Positions 63,572-64,000 of a stretch of DNA of 64,000 bases are shown piece after piece. Below the pieces are notes generated by a model. It saw nothing but the letters and a program-made list of their open reading frames with translations, did not search any database and was not told the origin of the DNA. The stretch lies in NCBI GenBank assembly GCA_002269645.1, contig NIVC01001811.1:310001-374000 (forward strand). The letters are read 5' to 3'. A program made the translations under genes and the position numbers. Each line of letters begins with the position of its first letter. Position 1 is the first letter of the stretch. The stretch comes from Macrostomum lignano. Lineage: Eukaryota.

Positions 63572-63900
63572 ATGACAAAGATTGAAACCAGAACCATCAA
63601 TAAACTCAATAAAATCATTGAATCAAAGAAACCAGGTATTATATCAATTAAAGGTGTCAAAGTAAAAATCGATCCCACGCAGCAAATACTTCAGTGTAAT
63701 GAGCAAAGACACAGCATCACAGATGAAAAGTCAGGAGGAATCCTACCATTAGCAGCTCTTATTCCGAATCATTGCAGGCGCTGTAAGTGCCGCAGGTGGT
63801 GTAGCTGGAGGTGTAGCAACTGCTGTTAAAGCTGGAATGATAGAGCCCACCAGCTGAATTGCAAAAGATTGCAAGAGACAAAGGTATAACAATTAAGGCA
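63572..63900 (+). pseudogene. Small Maverick-like protein with a Gly/Ala-rich hydrophobic helix
   Basis: GGILPLAALIP(fs)IIAGAVSAAGGVAGGVATAV, directly after the integrase. Confidence 0.55.
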
Positions 63901-64000
63901 GGAGAGGGCTGCCCGATCGTGATGATTGTGAGAATGAAAATTCTGTAAGCAAGTCTGACATTGTCAAAGCCATCATGACACTGCACAATGCTGGGTTTAC

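Overview
Eukaryotic (metazoan, probably invertebrate; a flatworm-like host is only my guess) transposon graveyard. One recognisable host gene is present: an intronless, atypical Cys-loop ligand-gated channel (51224-52423, -). The rest is nested mobile DNA and satellite. It includes a 5'-truncated Ty3/gypsy element (3.7-10.5 kb) with an extra J-domain + chromodomain ORF between pol and the 3' LTR, a pile-up of PIF/Harbinger elements (21-32 kb), two Tc1/IS630-like elements (one with an intact transposase), and a BEL/Pao remnant split by a full-length Ingi-like LINE (2A peptide-PHD-APE-RT-RNaseH, 14-bp TSD). Also present are five Crypton-type tyrosine-recombinase remnants with differing introns, a probable solo LTR, a THAP/P-like remnant and the edge of a Maverick/adintovirus-like element (PLA2, integrase). 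The octamer CCATAGAC/GTCTATGG occurs about 31 times by eye and often sits just upstream of transposase/recombinase start codons of unrelated families. All calls come from manual motif reading; no database searches were run, and coordinates of degenerate pieces are approximate.
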